Below, one piece after another: positions 58,601 to 64,000 of a stretch of DNA of 64,000 bases. Each line of letters begins with the position of its first letter. Position 1 is the first letter of the stretch. The notes beneath the pieces are model-generated. The model was not told where the DNA came from, ran no database searches, and saw nothing but the letters and a program-made list of their open reading frames with translations. This DNA is from Laetmonice hystrix (lineage: Eukaryota), in the NCBI GenBank assembly GCA_965235115.1, contig OZ249450.1, forward strand, positions 16,740,001 to 16,804,000, written 5' to 3'. The position numbers were made by a program, and so were the translations under genes.

Positions 58601-61600
58601 GTCGGATGAGCCCGTGTCCATCGACGGCTTTCTCCTCAGGCTCCTCGAATCGAAAGCCTGTACAGTTGAGAATATCTCCTTTATATGGGATTCATAACTT
58701 ATTCATTCGCTATTGTAAATTAAACTGTAACGGCAATATCTTTTATATGGGACAAGATGATTCATTCACACCGAGGCCTCTAGTGCAAATCGATTAGAGA
58801 GATTACCCACCAAATAGGCATAGCTCCTGGTCTAGAAACGTGTAGCAACGTCAAAATGTGGCGACAATGGCTTTTTTTGGACAGATAATTTGGGTTAACC
58901 TGGTCTAGACCCTCTTTGAGGGACGCGTCTTCAATCTACTTGCTTTACTGTGGCTGTGACGGTACGATGCACTAGCGAAAGCCCGAGTTACAACGCCAAG
59001 GAGCCAGGGCCGACGCAGCACCATGTACAGTCAAGGAGGCTAAAACACCAATAAAAGACGTGGGATCGTTACGAAAAAAGGCACAACACAAGCCAGATAT
59101 GTCTTCCTTCATGAGATATTTTTATTTCTTGATCTCAAAGAATAAAACCCCCTCAAAATGTGATTTTCCAGAGAAGAAGTAGATTTGTGGAGATCATCTT
59201 TTGCCTCCTGTGCTGGTCCTATGGTAGTAACGTGGTGACTTTTGATTTGTGAAAGAGGCCAACGATACGCACGACGCTCCTAAAGCTTCAGATCGCAACT
59301 TTTCTTTGCATGTACTTTTTAAACCCTATATCCCCTATTATCGCTCAACAGGGGAAATAAAAGTTTTTTTCTGAGCTAATCATAAGGGAAAGAGCCCCCA
59401 AAACGGTCAAAGTATATATTTCGAGACACCCTCGAATTTTTGGGCTATTTGAAATTCACAGAAAGTATTTTATTTAGCTGGGAGAGCGATTTCTAGAAAA
59501 CGTGAAAAGGGTGCAAAACACGCAAAAAGAGACGTTTTGCCAAAACGTATGACGGATTTTTTAAAGCTCAATAATTCAAAAACGTGGCAATCTTTCAACA
59601 AAAAATTGATTGATCCACATTCTGGAGACGATTCTCTACACGTCTGGCTAAAAATGATAATTTTGGGGGCGTTATTTAAATTTGACGTTTCAAAAATGAA
59701 GCAATTTTCAGCTTAGCATTGGAGATTCCTATCTATCCGCGAAGCACGGCAGGTGCCCGCCAGTGAGTGCAAGTGAACTCAGTGATTCGATGGCCCGCCG
59801 CAAGGTGGCACTGCAGTCGGACAAAGCTGGTCGGCCTGGCCGGGGGAGTGTCTGAGTGCGTCCTCGGAGGTCTGGGGTATATTGGCCTATAACTGAAGGT
59901 ATGTGTCAGTCTTTCCTAAACATAGAATCTGCAACAAAAATAGGTTCCGTTGTGAAGGTTCTGGGATCTCCCCAAGCCAACTGCATGGCAACTATATGAA
60001 GAAATATGTACACATGGGCGTGGGAGGATATTTTACACTTAGAGAGGAGAAGCATCAACCAATCCCATTGTTCTGCATTAGCCAAATCCCAAGGGGTTAA
60101 GTTGGGGGTCCTACCGCCTGCCCCCTTGCCAGGGGTCTACAGTTTTCATGGTGACATTGGCGCTACGATGCACTAGCGCCTCCTACATGCGGCGGCCAGC
60201 AGTTGCCCAAGTTGATACGACCGGCAGCCGTGAGGTGGCACTGCAGTCGGATGAGCCCGTGTCCATCGACGGCTTTCTCCTCAGGCTCCTCGAATCGAAA
60301 GCCTGTACAGTTGAGAATATCTCCTTTATATGGGATTCATAACTTATTCATTCGCTATTGTAAATTAAACTGTAACGGCAATATCTTTTATATGGGACAA
60401 GATGATTCATTCACACCGAGGCCTCTAGTGCAAATGGATTAGAGAGATTACCCACCAAATAGGCATATCTCCTGATCTAGAAACGTGTAGCAACGTCAAA
60501 ATGTGGCGACAATGGCTTTTTTGGACAGATAATTGGGGTTAACCTGGTCGAGACCCTCTTTGAGGGACGCGTCTTCAATCTACTTGCTTTACTGTGGCTG
60601 TGACGGTACGATGCACTAGCGAAAGCCCGAGTTACAACGCCAAGGAGCCAGGGCCGACGCAGCACCATGTACAGTCAAGGAGGCTAAAACACCAATAAAA
60701 GACGTGGGATCGTTACGAAAAAAGGCACAACACAAGCCAGATATGTCTTCCTTCATGAAATATTTTTATTTCTTGATCTCAAAGAATAAAACCCCCTCAA
60801 AATGTGATTTTCCAGAGAAGAAGTAGATTTGTGGAGATCATCTTTTGCCTCCTGTGCTGGTCCTATGGTAGTAACGTGGTGACTTTTGATTTGTGAAAGA
60901 GGCCAACGATACGCACGACGCTCCTAAAGCTTCAGATCGCAACTTTTCTTTGCATGTACTTTTTAAACCCTATATCCCCTATTATCGCTCAACAGGGGAA
61001 ATAAAAGTTTTTTTCTGAGCTAATCATAAGGGAAAGAGCCCCCAAAACGGTCAAAGTATATATTTCGAGACACCCTCGAATTTTTGGGCTATTTGAAATT
61101 CACAGAAAGTATTTTATTTAGCTGGGAGAGCGATTTCTAGAAAACGTGAAAAGGGTGCAAAACACGCAAAAAGAGACGTTTTGCCAAAACGTATGACGGA
61201 TTTTTTAAAGCTCAATAATTCAAAAACGTGGCAATCTTTCAACAAAAAATTGATTGATCCACATTCTGGAGACGATTCTCTACACGTCTGGCTAAAAATG
61301 ATAATTTTGGGGGCGTTATTTAAATTTGACGTTTCAAAAATGAAGCAATTTTCAGCTTAGCATTGGAGATTCCTATCTATCCGCGAAGCACGGCAGGTGC
61401 CCGCCAGTGAGTGCAAGTGTACTCAGTGATTCGATGGCCCGCCGCAAGGTGGCACTGCAGTCGGACAAAGCTGGTCGGCCTGGCCGGGGGAGTGTCTGAG
61501 TGCGTCCTCGGAGGTCTGGGGTATATTGGCCTATAACTGAAGGTATGTGTCAGTCTTTCCTAAACATAGAATCTGCAACAAAAATAGGTTCCGTTGTGAA

Positions 61601-64000
61601 GGTTCTGGGATCTCCCCAAGCCAACTGCATGGCAAATATTATGAAGAAATATGTACACATGGGCGTGGGAGGATATTTTACACTTAGAGAGGAGAAGCAT
61701 CAGCCAATCCCATGGTTCTGCATTAGCCAAATCCCAAGGGGTTAAGTTGGGGGTCCTACCGCCTGCCCCCTTGCCAGGGGTCTACAGTTTTCATGGTGAC
61801 ATTGGCGCTACGATGCACTAGCGCCTCCTACATGCGGCGGCCAGCAGTTGCCCAAGTTGATACGACCGGCAGCCGTGAGGTGGCACTGCAGTCGGATGAG
61901 CCCGTGTCCATCGACGGCTTTCTCCTCAGGCTCCTCGAATCGAAAGCCTGTACAGTTGAGAATATCTCCTTTATATGGGATTCATAACTTATTCATTCGC
62001 TATTGTAAATTAAACTGTAACGGCAATATCTTTTATATGGGACAAGATGATTCATTCACACCGAGGCCTCTAGTGCAAATCGATTAGAGAGATTACCCAC
62101 CAAATAGGCATAGCTCCTGGTCTAGAAACGTGTAGCAACGTCAAAATGTGGCGACAATGGCTTTTTTGGACAGATAATTTGGGTTAACCTGGTCTAGACC
62201 CTCTTTCAGGGACGCGTCTTCAATCTACTTGCTTTACTGTGGCTGTGACGGTACGATGCACTAGCGAAAGCCCGAGTTACAACGCCAAGGAGCCAGGGCC
62301 GACGCAGCACCATGTACAGTCAAGGAGGCTAAAACACCAATAAAAGACGTGGGATCGTTACGAAAAAACGCACAACACAAGCCAGATACGTCTTCCTTCA
62401 TGAGATATTTTTATTTCTTGATCTCAAAGAATAAAACCCCCTCAAAATGTGATTTTTCAGAGAAGAAGTAGATTTGTGGAGATCATCTTTTGCCTCCTGT
62501 GCTGGTCCTATGGTAGTAACGTGGTGACTTTTGATTTGTGAAAGAGGCCAACGATACGCACGACGCTCCTAAAGCTTCAGATCGCAACTTTTCTTTGCAT
62601 GTACTTTTTAAACCCTATATCCCCTATTATCGCTCAACAGGGGAAATAAAAGTTTTTTTCTGAGCTAATCATAAGGGAAAGAGCCCCCAAAACGGTCAAA
62701 GTATATATTTCGAGACACCCTCGAATTTTTGGGCTATTTGAAATTCACAGAAAGTATTTTATTTAGCTGGGAGAGCGATTTCTAGAAAACGTGAAAAGGG
62801 TGCAAAACACGCAAAAAGAGACGTTTTGCCAAAACGTATGACGGATTTTTTAAAGCTCAATAATTCAAAAACGTGGCAATCTTTCAACAAAAAATTGATT
62901 GATCCACATTCTGGAGACGATTCTCTACACGTCTGGCTAAAAATGATAATTTTGGGGGCGTTATTTAAATTTGACGTTTCAAAAATGAAGCAATTTTCAG
63001 CTTAGCATTGGAGATTCCTATCTATCCGCGAAGCACGGCAGGTGCCCGCCAGTGAGTGCAAGTGTACTCAGTGATTCGATGGCCCGCCGCAAGGTGGCAC
63101 TGCAGTCGGACAAAGCTGGTCGGCCTGGCCGGGGGAGTGTCTGAGTGCGTCCTCGGAGGTCTGGGGTATATTGGCCTATAACTGAAGGTATGTGTCAGTC
63201 TTTCCTAAACATAGAATCTGCAACAAAAATAGGTTCCGTTGTGAAGGTTCTGGGATCTCCCCAAGCCAACTGCATGGCAAATATTATGAAGAAATATGTA
63301 CACATGGGCGTGGGAGGATATTTTACACTTAGAGAGGAGAAGCATCAGCCAATCCCATGGTTCTGCATTAGCCAAATCCCAAGGGGTTAAGTTGGGGGTC
63401 CTACCGCCTGCCCCCTTGCCAGGGGTCTACAGTTTTCATGGTGACATTGGCGCTACGATGCACTAGCGCCTCCTACATGCGGCGGCCAGCAGTTGCCCAA
63501 GTTGATACGACCGGCAGCCGTGAGGTGGCACTGCAGTCGGATGAGCCCGTGTCCATCGACGGCTTTCTCCTCAGGCTCCTCGAATCGACAGCCTGTACAG
63601 TTGAGAATATCTCCTTTATATTGGATTCATAACTTATTCATTCGCTATTGTAAATTAAACTGTAACGGCAATATCTTTTATATGGGACAAGATGATTCAT
63701 TCACACCGAGGCCTCTAGTGCAAATGGATTAGAGAGATTACCCACCAAATAGGCATAGCTCCTGGTCTAGAAACGTGTAGCAACGTCAAAATGTGGCGAC
63801 AATGGCTTTTTTGGACAGATAATTTGGGTTAACCTGGTCTAGACCCTCTTTCAGGGACGCGTCTTCAATCTACTTGCTTTACTGTGGCTGTGACGGTACG
63901 ATGCACTAGCGAAAGCCCGAGTTACAACGCCAAGGAGCCAGGGCCGACGCAGCACCATGTACAGTCAAGGAGGCTAAAACACCAATAAAAGACGTGGGAT
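55641..64000. repeat. Macrosatellite, about 1645-bp unit, at least 5 near-identical units, continuing past the window
   Basis: Anchor ACTGTGGCTGTGAC at 55644, 57301, 58947, 60591, 62236 and 63881 (periods 1657, 1646, 1644, 1645, 1645). No credible CDS or RNA gene in the unit. Confidence 0.97.

Noticed and set aside
55641-64000. Repeated 60-80 aa ORFs, or a 5S/snRNA/histone/tRNA tandem array
   Set aside because: The ORFs are opened and closed by indels between units. No 5S, U-snRNA, SL-RNA, tRNA or histone sequence was recognised on either strand.

Overview
Eukaryotic genomic DNA from a bilaterian animal, probably a marine invertebrate. Evidence: GT-AG introns, near-consensus CTCF-type motifs, many poly-G/C tracts and TAGGCCTA palindromes, and one 153-N gap. 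No rRNA, tRNA or CRISPR array was recognised. Genes were reconstructed by hand from splice sites and reading-frame phase. (1) An ionotropic glutamate receptor-family gene (minus strand) whose signal-peptide exon (10068-10166) joins in phase directly to the S1 ligand-binding exon (168-362), so it apparently lacks the amino-terminal domain; the gene runs off the left edge. (2) Two paralogous four-TM membrane-protein genes of no family I recognise (13854-15950 and 34198-35610, minus), with identical intron positions and C-terminal S-x-V motifs. (3) An intronless GT31 beta-1,3-galactosyltransferase-like gene. (4) An intronless 763-aa secreted His/Gly/Arg/Asp-rich low-complexity protein with a TATA promoter. 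(5) A 5-coding-exon RNF216/TRIAD3-like RBR ubiquitin ligase (671 aa). (6) A 3-exon, 125-aa protein with an internally repeated D(M/L)T(K/L)Y motif. The rest is minisatellites, MITEs, a Helentron-like element in three copies, and a frameshifted XPG-domain (Academ-like) transposon remnant. From 55.6 kb to the right edge lies a ~1645-bp macrosatellite (at least 5 units) carrying CTCF-like motifs and an A/B higher-order pattern. All family assignments are from motif recall, not database searches.
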